Origin: Edaphobacter aggregans
Lineage (GTDB): Bacteria; Acidobacteriota; Terriglobia; Terriglobales; Acidobacteriaceae
Length of the DNA stretch: 32,000 nt
Assembly: GCF_003945235.1 (NCBI RefSeq)
Contig: NZ_RSDW01000001.1
Location: forward strand, 540,001-572,000
Direction of reading: 5' to 3'
Shown: piece by piece, positions 9,501 through 15,334 of the stretch
How the letters are laid out: each line of letters begins with the position of its first letter
How positions within the stretch are numbered: the first letter of the stretch is position 1
Notes under the pieces: generated by a model
Seen by the model: the letters and a program-made list of their open reading frames with translations, nothing else
The model's database searches: none
What the model was told of the DNA's origin: nothing
Made by a program: the position numbers and the translations under genes

Positions 9501-10025
9501 CCTGACGGCGCCGATACCGACAGCAACTGTTCCGACTTTTTAACGCAGGCCGGCGCCTCGTTTTCGGCTGCTTCGGCTGCGGGTGCAACCAACATCAAGG
9601 TCGCCAGCACGGAAGGCTTCCGCCCCGGCCAGACACTCCATATTGGCTCTGGTGCGAATACTGAAACCGCCGTCATCGCTACGGTAGGCACAGCAGGCGC
9701 CACGACGGTACGCACTTCCACTGACGTCGGAGCAACTGTTCTCCCGGCCACAAGTGTGACTGGCTTTAATAAAGGCCAAACAATCACCATCGACGAGGGA
9801 GCAAACTCCGAAACGGCTGTTGTCTCCTCTATTAGAGCCCGCGGCGTCGCAACTATAACGGTCGCCGCACCGCTCACTCGTGAGCATTCGGCTGGCGCGC
9901 AGATTTCGGGCAGCGGTATCACCCTCAACACTCCATTGACTCGGACACATATTGATGGAGAGCAAGTGTCGGACGACGTTCCAACTCCCGGCGCGCCGAA
10001 CCGATATCACGGGATAAATCGTTGA
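6552..10025 (+). CDS. Secreted multidomain glycosidase. Order: signal peptide, GH54 alpha-L-arabinofuranosidase-B-type catalytic domain (about 6672-7653), Pro/Thr linker, NEW3-like domain (about 7737-7961), then a lamin-tail-like domain interrupted by repeat blocks (8028-10001).
   Basis: 1157-aa ORF. The string GPCDIYAASGAPCVAAHSTTRALY...LTQAPRGGFGGP...YGVFIEPGMGLRQN...AEGQYWVVNGKHFNAGCCFDYGNAE...GPWIMTDQEN...FVTAIGKGE...RKQGAILLGNGGDNSVGSQGTFYEGAMT...VQANIVAARY is colinear with Aspergillus AbfB (GH54) as I recall it. FTVTFTNTTGTPVTDVSLSISVPSKQW...PGGSVSATFKVT is NEW3-like. VKINEF...SFIELYNAG...VDISNWTL...GGFYLLG, then later FVLRDSSGVVADSLNYGG...GRFPDGADTDSNCSDF...PTPGAPN, are LTD-like. Confidence 0.85.
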   Translation: MKTKIDFVLRLALMFMVVGAIFAIAQQSPTRNDVPSHRPQGPCDIYAASGAPCVAAHSTTRALYATYNGPLYQILRQSDGKTLDIGIVQSAASSVNDPGGYADAAAQDKFCAGTYCWNSIIYDQSPKHNDLTQAPRGGFGGPALGGFNNLPIADMAPITIMGHKVYGVFIEPGMGLRQNDAKGTAVDDQAEGQYWVVNGKHFNAGCCFDYGNAEIDSRDDDNGTMETLYFGNATPWYSGAGKGPWIMTDQENNLVGCVNDDGTKGCPNLPSIPWHFVTAIGKGEPHHWTSMGGDAQKGALSVMFDGHRVNSTYDPMRKQGAILLGNGGDNSVGSQGTFYEGAMTAAGTFPSNAIDQLVQANIVAARYDVTPLSLTPTATPTTPAGPQTFTPASSRDFTVTFTNTTGTPVTDVSLSISVPSKQWASVVSGTTETSKTFAQQIAPGGSVSATFKVTSGPAAFNGDLVGNASWMNPTSGKKQVETTVGKVRNARPVKINEFRVTSGSPRNPTNSFIELYNAGPQSVDISNWTLTEHPARQAIFSMVKIPAGTKLMAGGFYLLGLSNSGLAVPARAGDSIIQVRNTEGMSVGDTINIGTGSSAELRKIASLGTPASDHTMLWQSLPEEPVITVPAGSTNVPVENVSGFAVGQKIALGYGSTYPFVANTVEQYEIATVTAVGKPGTQAYLAMDAPAGATNIKVTSLSNISIGDKIRLDIDSVGHGIETVTVTQVGSAANQTNLSAPASAGATRISVRRGDGFAAGDRITVGTPASKQVVTVTAVGSPGSDGTPIDFTPAFIKSHGVSEWVVAPGTGLELAAPLRFNHAANLPFSDRGTGISFQPATAFAHLSNEPVQALGTGITLDRPLTDNHAIHTAVRDAEVKTAGYQGTPTPNQWFGGPELTTKSPQFGRTLTVEEGSFVLRDSSGVVADSLNYGGLVDPWAAEGDQAVSGAELSGCYAPAPGSVFNPWSTVVAPVAINTSAGRFPDGADTDSNCSDFLTQAGASFSAASAAGATNIKVASTEGFRPGQTLHIGSGANTETAVIATVGTAGATTVRTSTDVGATVLPATSVTGFNKGQTITIDEGANSETAVVSSIRARGVATITVAAPLTREHSAGAQISGSGITLNTPLTRTHIDGEQVSDDVPTPGAPNRYHGINR
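8265..8891 (+). repeat. Four tandem protein-level repeats (about 35-45 aa each) inside the GH54 protein: R1 8265-8375, R2 8443-8583, R3 8621-8741, R4 8780-8891
   Basis: Units: AGDSIIQVRNTEGMSVGDTINIGTGSSAELRKIASLG / GSTNVPVENVSGFAVGQKIALGYG..EQYEIATVTAVG / AGATNIKVTSLSNISIGDKIRLDIDSVGHGIETVTVTQVG / AGATRISVRRGDGFAAGDRITVGTPASKQVVTVTAVG. Consensus: G-A-T-x-I-x-V-x(3-5)-G-F/I-x-x-G-D-x-I-x-(I/V)-G-x(5-12)-E-x(3)-V-x(2)-V-G. Confidence 0.7.
9577..9833 (+). repeat. Two further copies of the same protein repeat (R5 9577-9690, R6 9726-9833) near the C-terminus of the GH54 protein
   Basis: AAGATNIKVASTEGFRPGQTLHIGSGANTETAVIATVG and VGATVLPATSVTGFNKGQTITIDEGANSETAVVSSI. Each is followed by G-x-G-I-T-L-x-x-P-L-T-R-x-H type units, and the same unit type also occurs at 8970-9172. 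Confidence 0.65.
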
Positions 10026-10056
10026 AGGGCTAAGAACAGGGAATATAACTTGATCA

Positions 10057-10076
10057 TCCCGTCCATTTGGGACGGG
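10057..10076 (+). terminator. Candidate stem-loop terminator after the GH54 gene (weak U-tract)
   Basis: tcccgtcc-attt-ggacgggg forms a 7-8 bp GC-rich stem with a 4-nt loop, 32 nt after the stop. It is followed by ctattg, so there is no good T-run. Confidence 0.35.
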
Positions 10077-10200
10077 GCTATTGCGCGCATTGATCTTTAC
10101 ATGGAGAAGTATGCTGGTCCCTTGCGGACCATTCAGTGAAGCTGTGCCGGCTCGAGCCAAAGATGGACAATACCCACACTGGCGATCCCAACACCGAGCA

Positions 10201-10230
10201 CAAAAATTACAGGGCCGAAGCTGTGCCCTG
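10201..10230 (-). terminator. Candidate Rho-independent terminator, read on the minus strand
   Basis: The minus strand reads cagggc-acagcttcg-gccctg followed by taatttttg. It lies about 180 nt downstream of the DUF4436-like ORF stop. Confidence 0.45.
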
Positions 10231-10407
10231 ATTGAGATGCAGTTGGCCTAACACGGCGTGCATGTTCTCGAAGTCTTGTCGCTCAGGAAAGCCTACCCGA
10301 CAAGAGAGTTCTAGCTATGCGGTGCATTTGCCCTGTTCTCGACATTTGACATTCGGGGTACGTCTCATCTGGAAGCTTCGAGGTGACCGCGAGTCCAATC
10401 ACCGCTC

Positions 10408-11028
10408 TTAAGACTTCTGTGTGGTCGATTTCTTGGATCGCAGCAACCAGATCCACATCATAATGATCGCCGACGCGGCGACGAAGAGTTCTGCCCATAT
10501 GAACGAGAAGTAGTCTCCGAGCACACCCACCACCGGAACACCCGGCTGGATGCTTCGCAAGGCCGGCAATCCAAAGATCAGCGATATGGCCAGGGACAGG
10601 GGTAAAAGATCAGACCTATCCTGTGCCGTGATCCGGTTGATGACCATTGCAACGACAGCTTGTGCAAGGCCCATCATCAGAATCATCACTGTAATGACGG
10701 TATTAATCACATTGAAGGGGCGTGTCAAGTTCAGGTGAACCCGTGTAACGGTGGAATCCTTGTTACGGACTACCTCCCCAGTGTATTTCACTCCCGTGGT
10801 CGAAGCTGAGAGGGCGATTGAGAGTGGTACAGGCACATTTTTCTGCAACGAGTCCTTGTCAAGAGCCAGTTCCTCGTCCGCGGCACCGAGTCCGTGTTTG
10901 ACCTGCGGGGGCTTGGCTTGTGGAACCTGTGACGCCTCAGGAGCTTGGGGTGGCGGGGGCGTGTCTGCGTAGAGCCATATGTCGGATTCGTATCGATCGA
11001 AGGGATATCGGTTGAGGTTTCCCCTCAA
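10408..11028 (-). CDS. DUF4436-like membrane protein, apparently 5'-truncated (lacks the N-terminal TM and ectodomain; TTG start)
   Basis: 206-aa ORF that starts with TTG directly before the RYPFDRY motif (the conserved YPFD motif of DUF4436, from memory). It has three C-terminal TM helices and LFGLPALRSIQPGVPVVGVLGDYFSFIW, matching the family's LRN..PG.PP.G..D pattern. The frame is closed by a stop at 11104-11106, so there is no room for the roughly 100+ aa N-terminus seen in full-length members. Confidence 0.45.
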   Translation of the reverse strand: MRGNLNRYPFDRYESDIWLYADTPPPPQAPEASQVPQAKPPQVKHGLGAADEELALDKDSLQKNVPVPLSIALSASTTGVKYTGEVVRNKDSTVTRVHLNLTRPFNVINTVITVMILMMGLAQAVVAMVINRITAQDRSDLLPLSLAISLIFGLPALRSIQPGVPVVGVLGDYFSFIWAELFVAASAIIMMWIWLLRSKKSTTQKS

Positions 11029-11549
11029 GGGGGCTTTACTCCCTATACCGCTGGGATGACTGGTTGGGTACCGATGGTGCAGGGATATATCGCTTTTTGA
11101 CGATCATCTGTCTCTGGCTGCCACACGCGTTTGAGGCGTTGAGGTCAGTACGGGGATTATTCTGGAGCAAATGGAAGTGGGTGCGGGCGGAGGGACTTGT
11201 CGCACTGCACGGACGCTAGACGGGCGTCGGATTGTGCACAAGGTCGCGAGCGTTCAGCTACTCGGTTCTGCCATTGACTGCCGAAACTGGTTCTCCTCGG
11301 TGTGATACCCAAGTCCAAATTCCAGCGGTAAATCCCTGCGGAAACACAAACTCCAAAGTGGTCCCATGAACTATCTCAGCATACAGACATACATGGTTTC
11401 TATCAGAGAAGATTCCGCCTGACTTCAATCAAGATTCACGTTTGGCGAGCCCTAACGCCCTAGTCTTTCGGTGACTTAGATGTATCTATTAAATTTTTTA
11501 TTGAGATAACACTCTATAAGTCATTTAATATAGAACACTTAGCAATGAC

Positions 11550-11623
11550 TGGTTGCCCCCCAGGGATTCGAACCCCGATTGATCGGTTCAGAGCCGACTG
11601 TCCTACCATTGAACGAGGGGGCA
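11550..11623 (-). tRNA. tRNA-Gln (anticodon CUG) with encoded CCA
   Basis: Hand-folded cloverleaf: acceptor UGCCCCC/GGGGGCA (U1-A72, typical of bacterial tRNA-Gln), U8, D-stem GUUC/GGAC, anticodon stem GUCGG/CCGAU with loop CU-CUG-AA, 4-nt variable loop, T-arm CGGGG-UUCGAAU-CCCUG, discriminator A, CCA. Total 74 nt. Confidence 0.9.
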
Positions 11624-11671
11624 ACAGATTGATGGAGTCGCGGCGATAGTGCTCGCTGACGGCCTTTTAAG

Positions 11672-11700
11672 AGTGTACGGGGTGGGTGCTGTTAGGTCAA
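11672..11700 (-). promoter_or_regulatory. Candidate sigma70-type promoter for tRNA-Gln
   Basis: The minus strand reads TTGACC (11700-11695), a 17-nt spacer, then TACACT (11677-11672), about 48 nt upstream of the mature tRNA 5' end. Confidence 0.45.
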
Positions 11701-11812
11701 ACTTTGAGAGGGATAGGGGGATAGGAGACGCGAAAAGTGATCCTTCCAAACGCGTTCCCATTACAAATTCGGGGGAGGACGTTTGTTGCTGGTAGGTGAG
11801 TGAATCGTCCTG

Positions 11813-12205
11813 TTATCGATCCAAAGCCGGCCTATTGCCAGTAGACATTAACAGCTCGACCACGCCGACGTCCGTTAGTGATTTTGCTCTATATACTGCA
11901 GCAAAAATCATTCCGATCACTCCACAGACGCGTATAACTCGATCCGGCATGACGAATCAACAATTGACCGGCCCATGTTCCGACACCCGTCTTCTCTAAA
12001 CCGGCGCCAATTGCGAGTAACGAGCCAATCACAGGACGACGACCGGATCGCCAAACCCGTTAAAGAGTTCACGCATCGTCAGAATGCCTGCGAAATACAA
12101 CGCAAGCGACGCACCGATCGTCACGATTGCGGTAGGTAGAAAGTTCCAGACGAAGAACACCATGGACAGAGCAAGAATTAGCAGCGTAATTGTAATCTGG
12201 CTCAT
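11813..12205 (-). pseudogene. SLC13/DASS-family permease: N-terminal fragment only, frameshifted
   Basis: From the ATG at 12205: MSQITITLLILALSMVFFVWNFLPTAIVTIGASLALYFAGILTMRELFNGFGDPVVVL, then TGA at 12029-12031. Homology continues in another frame (IGSLLAIGAGLEKTGVGTWAGQLLIRHAGSSYTRL) to a TAG at 11889-11891, then weakly in a third frame to 11813. Only about 130 of the roughly 450-600 aa expected for this family are present. Confidence 0.7.
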
Positions 12206-12237
12206 TCCGTTGCACTCACCGTTTTATCTGCAAACCT

Positions 12238-12812
12238 TTACAAAAGAATCAATAGCCGAGTGCCGCCGTCGTCACGCGGATCGGATCCAGCTTCGAAGAA
12301 TCCGGATCCGTGGTCAATTCGGATCGCGCTCGCATGCCCCATGTTGTCGTTCCAGTCGGTAACCATTTGCACGGGCTGTCCACGTCGCTTCAACTCACGC
12401 ACAACCTCGTCGGAGATACGCCTCTTCGAGCGACATATTGCGCGATTGCGTGCCCCAAGTGCGGCCCATCACCACTGTGGAGCCTCAATCGCTTGCTGTA
12501 CGTCATAGCCGAAATCTATGATCCGAGTTGCCAGCGCGACTTGGCTTTATGGTTGGCCTTCACCCCCATTGCTCCAAAGGAACGGTCGCCCTTCGTGCGT
12601 AATCAACGCCGGGATCAAAGTGTGGAATGTGCACTTGCCAGGCTGCAACTGGCTGGGATGTTTCTCATCAAGAGAGAAAAAGGCACCGCGGTTCTGCATA
12701 ATGATGCCGTGTCACCATGAATCACGGCACTGCCGAAATCGTGGTAAATAGATTGGATAAGCGAGACGACCATTCCATCTCGATCAGCGGCACAGAAATA
12801 ACAGGTATCCCC
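12238..12812 (-). pseudogene. Gamma-glutamyltransferase: C-terminal (small-subunit) fragment with a frameshift and in-frame stops
   Basis: The minus strand reads GDTCYFCAADRDGMVVSLIQSIYHDFGSAVI. A 1-nt deletion near 12706-12716 is followed by GIIMQNRGAFFSLDEKHPSQLQPGKCTFHTLIPALITHEGRPFLWSNGGEGQP*SQ (TAA at 12547-12549) ...AIEAPQW* (TGA at 12469-12471) ...MGHASAIRIDHGSGFFEAGSDPRDDG. The roughly 350-aa large subunit upstream of the catalytic Thr is missing. Confidence 0.7.
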
Positions 12813-13039
12813 TATGGTTCTTAGCCATAATCATTCGCACTGCAGCATCAGCGTTATCAGTTCCTCTGCCTCAACTAACGACAGGGCCACCTCTTCGACG
12901 GCACCCGCAGATATCATCAATGATTTGTCAAATGAATATCTATATGACTATGACTGACCGACCTCCGTAGTCTTGGCGATCGAAAGCATCTACCGATTCC
13001 TCGCCCCGTCAAGCTTTGCGGTCATATTTGGGCGTTAGA

Positions 13040-13543
13040 ATGCTCTTCATGGACAACGCGATTGCTGCTCTGTTTCTGGATTACTCGTGCAAGAAGCTGG
13101 ATGGGATGACGGAGAACCTGCGAGTTTGTTTGAGTAAATTGACGGATGCGCAGATTTGGGAGCGGCATGGGGCTCATGAGAATGCTGTCGGCAATCTTGT
13201 GCTTCATCTTTGCGGAAATATGCGGCAGTGGATTATGCATGGGGTGGGTGCGGCTAAGGATGTTCGAGTGCGGGATGCGGAGTTCAGTGCGGCGGATGGT
13301 TTGAGTGGCGCTGAGTTGATGGAGAAGTTTGCGGCTACGGTGGCGGAGGCGAATGGGATTATCGCTTCTGTGCCTGCGGAGCGGTTGGTGGAGAGGATTA
13401 CCCCACAAACGCATGAGGTCAGCGTGCTGGATGCGATCTACCAGGTGGTCGGGCATGTGCAGCAGCATGTGGGACAGATCATTTTGCTGACGAAACAGAT
13501 GACAGCGAAGGATCTGGATCTGACGATGCCTCGACCACGGTAG
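13040..13543 (+). CDS. DinB-superfamily / DUF1572-family protein
   Basis: The ORF is open from the TTG at 13016, and the ATGs at 13040 and 13049 are more plausible starts. The pattern CLSKLTDAQIWERHGAHENAVGNLVLHLCGNMRQWI...RDAEF...HVQQHVGQI matches the DUF1572/DinB four-helix-bundle family. Confidence 0.65.
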   Translation: MLFMDNAIAALFLDYSCKKLDGMTENLRVCLSKLTDAQIWERHGAHENAVGNLVLHLCGNMRQWIMHGVGAAKDVRVRDAEFSAADGLSGAELMEKFAATVAEANGIIASVPAERLVERITPQTHEVSVLDAIYQVVGHVQQHVGQIILLTKQMTAKDLDLTMPRPR

Positions 13544-13545
13544 GG

Positions 13546-14304
13546 CTACTTCATTCCGTTCAGAATGGAGCCTACGATGCCTCCTACGACTCCGGCTTCG
13601 GTGTTTTCCTGGACGCGCTCGACCTTCAAATATTCCTGAAGCTGGTGGGCCAGTCGGGAGATGGGTAGCGTCTGGAGCCAGACTCGGCCGGGGCCGGTTA
13701 GGGCTGCGAGGAAGATGCCGTCGCCGCCGAAGATCATGTTGCGGATGCCGGGGATGCTCTGGATTTGAAACGAGACGCTGCCCTGGAAGGCTCCTACGTG
13801 GCCGGGATGGACGCGCAGGGTTTCGCCGAGGGCCAGGTCTTTAGTGATGACTTCGCCGGAGAGCTCGAGCCAGGCAATTCCCTGCCCCGAGATCCTCTGG
13901 AGGCGGAAGCCGTCGCCACCGAAGATGCCGGCGCCGAGGGATTGCTGGTAGCCGATACCAAGTTCGATGGCAGGGGTGGCGCAGAGAAAGCCGTGACGGT
14001 GAACGAGGTACTCCTGGCCTTGCGCGACCTCGACGGGGACGATGTGGCCGGGTACTCGGGTGGCGAAGGCGACCTCGCCGGGGGCTCCGTAGGCGCGGTA
14101 CTCGGTCATGAAGAGGGAGCCGCCGCCTGCGACGCGACGGATGGCTCCGAAGATTCCTCCGCCGCCGGCGTGCTGGGTGTGAGTGGTCATCTGGATGGAC
14201 TGGGTCATCCAGGAGAGCTCGCCTGCCTCGGAGATGATGGCGTCGTTATGGTCGAGGGCGAACTCGAGGACGGGCATGGTGGTGCCGACGATGCGATGTT
14301 GCAT
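13546..14304 (-). CDS. AIM24 / TIGR00266 (DUF124) family protein
   Basis: 252-aa ORF with AGGAGAG 6-12 nt before the ATG. Motifs typical of the family: VLEFALDHNDAIISEAGELSWM, GGGSLFMTEY, GEVAFATRVPGHIVPVEV, GIFGGDGFRLQRISGQGIAWLELSGEV, LRVHPGHVGAF, MIFGGDGIFLAALTGPGRVWLQT. Confidence 0.8.
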   Translation of the reverse strand: MQHRIVGTTMPVLEFALDHNDAIISEAGELSWMTQSIQMTTHTQHAGGGGIFGAIRRVAGGGSLFMTEYRAYGAPGEVAFATRVPGHIVPVEVAQGQEYLVHRHGFLCATPAIELGIGYQQSLGAGIFGGDGFRLQRISGQGIAWLELSGEVITKDLALGETLRVHPGHVGAFQGSVSFQIQSIPGIRNMIFGGDGIFLAALTGPGRVWLQTLPISRLAHQLQEYLKVERVQENTEAGVVGGIVGSILNGMK

Positions 14305-14355
14305 AGCTCTCTCCTTGTGCGACGATGGCCAGTATAGACTACCCCCATACCCCTA

Positions 14356-14391
14356 CTAAAGTATCCAAAGTATTCAAAAGAGATACTTTAG
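14356..14391. promoter_or_regulatory. AT-rich perfect 10-bp inverted repeat (candidate operator) in the divergent AIM24 / tail-collar intergenic region
   Basis: ctaaagtatc (14356-14365), 16 nt, gatactttag (14382-14391). The half-site AAAGTAT also recurs as a direct repeat (aaagtatcc aaagtattc). A possible -10 for the AIM24 gene (TATACT on the minus strand, 14336-14331) lies just downstream, which places the repeat over the -35 region. Confidence 0.4.
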
Positions 14392-14431
14392 ACCTGGACT
14401 TCGACCGGTTAGTCCATGCGTTAAATTGTGA

Positions 14432-14451
14432 AGCCCGGCTCATGCCGGGCT
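14432..14451. repeat. GC-rich perfect hairpin H1 (REP-like), related to H2 at 15283-15313
   Basis: a-gcccggc-tcat-gccgggc-t forms an 8-bp stem with a 4-nt loop and has no flanking T-run. It lies in the 5' region of the tail-collar gene, about 135 nt before the ATG. Confidence 0.5.
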
Positions 14452-14586
14452 CCACTTTCTCCTGATTTAAGGTTATCAGGGGTGTCAAGGATTGATTGTG
14501 GAAATTGGGACTTCGGTCAGAAGAACGTGCAATGATTTGACGGATCATTCCAGCGTGAACTCTATATCAGACAGGAGAACCCAAAA

Positions 14587-15120
14587 ATGAATCCCTTTCT
14601 CGGTCAGATTTTGATGGTTGCCTTTAACTTCGCACCGCAGGGTTGGGCGCTGTGCAACGGTCAGCTGCTGCCCATAGCGCAGAACCAAGCCCTCTTCTCT
14701 CTTCTCGGAACCATGTATGGCGGCGACGGTCGAACCAACTTCGCGCTGCCCAACCTGCAAGGCCGCATCCCGATCCATCAAGGCAATAGCGTTGGCACCA
14801 GCAACTACGTGGTCGGACAGAGCAGCGGCGTCGAGAATATCACGCTTCTCGTTAACAATTTGCCGGCGCACAGCCATACGGCTAATTGCAGCACTATGCT
14901 GGGCACGAGCTCTGACCCCGCCAATAATTTCTGGGCTGAAGCGAATACGGGTGGCAAAAAACCGACTGCCACGCCTGCATATGCGACCAGTGCCAATGCA
15001 CTGATGGCGCCCACTGCCATCGGTCCTACGGGTAGCGGTCAGCCCATAACGGTCGTGCAACCCTATCTGTGCGTTAACTTCATCATCGCGCTGGCCGGTA
15101 TCTATCCGTCGCGTAATTAG
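14587..15120 (+). CDS. Phage tail collar domain protein (MdpB-like, 'microcystin-dependent protein' family), stand-alone
   Basis: 177-aa ORF with AGGAGA 9 nt before the ATG. MNPFLGQILMVAFNFAPQGWALCNGQLLPIAQNQALFSLLGTMYGGDGRTNFALPNLQGRIP...LPAHSH and the C-terminal QPYLCVNFIIALAGIYPSRN are hallmark strings of this family. Confidence 0.85.
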   Translation: MNPFLGQILMVAFNFAPQGWALCNGQLLPIAQNQALFSLLGTMYGGDGRTNFALPNLQGRIPIHQGNSVGTSNYVVGQSSGVENITLLVNNLPAHSHTANCSTMLGTSSDPANNFWAEANTGGKKPTATPAYATSANALMAPTAIGPTGSGQPITVVQPYLCVNFIIALAGIYPSRN

Positions 15121-15282
15121 CGATGTTCGCCGCTTCGCCGCGGTTCTTACAGCAACTCGTTCGACTTCGATCACGGCAGACATTGAGTTGCAAAATAAGA
15201 TGTAGACCCGATTCCTCTTCACCACAACTCCTTTCACCCGCTCAAATAATAGATCTGGATTTGGGTGCGGTTGAGGTTAAGC

Positions 15283-15313
15283 GACGAAACCCGGCTTGAT
15301 GCCGGGCTTCGCT
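15283..15313. terminator. Hairpin H2 between convergent genes (candidate bidirectional terminator), sequence-related to H1
   Basis: gacgaaacccggc-ttgat-gccgggcttcgc forms an 11-bp stem with one A.C mismatch. It lies 22 nt past the TonB-receptor stop on the minus strand and 165 nt past the tail-collar stop on the plus strand, with modest T-rich flanks on both strands. Confidence 0.45.
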
Positions 15314-15334
15314 TTACTTCGTGATTTGAGGCTC

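Noticed and set aside
11100-11700. Integrated element with integrase and att repeat at tRNA-Gln
   Set aside because: I found no integrase-like ORF in any frame and no duplicate of the tRNA 3' half by eye within the window. Only the AT-rich tract and neighbouring pseudogenes remain as indirect evidence.
12815-13015. Possible extension of the GGT pseudogene, or a small ORF (MISAGAVEEVALSLVEAEELITLMLQCE)
   Set aside because: The similarity to the GGT large-subunit C-terminus is too weak to assert by eye. The region is short, AT-richer and interrupted by stops.
14545-15237. 230-aa minus-strand ORF
   Set aside because: It is antisense to the tail-collar gene, whose family motifs are unmistakable.
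14305-15334. Prophage or tailocin remnant around the tail-collar gene
   Set aside because: There are no integrase, capsid, sheath, tube, baseplate or lysis genes, and no att-like direct repeats visible. Only a single collar-domain gene is present.
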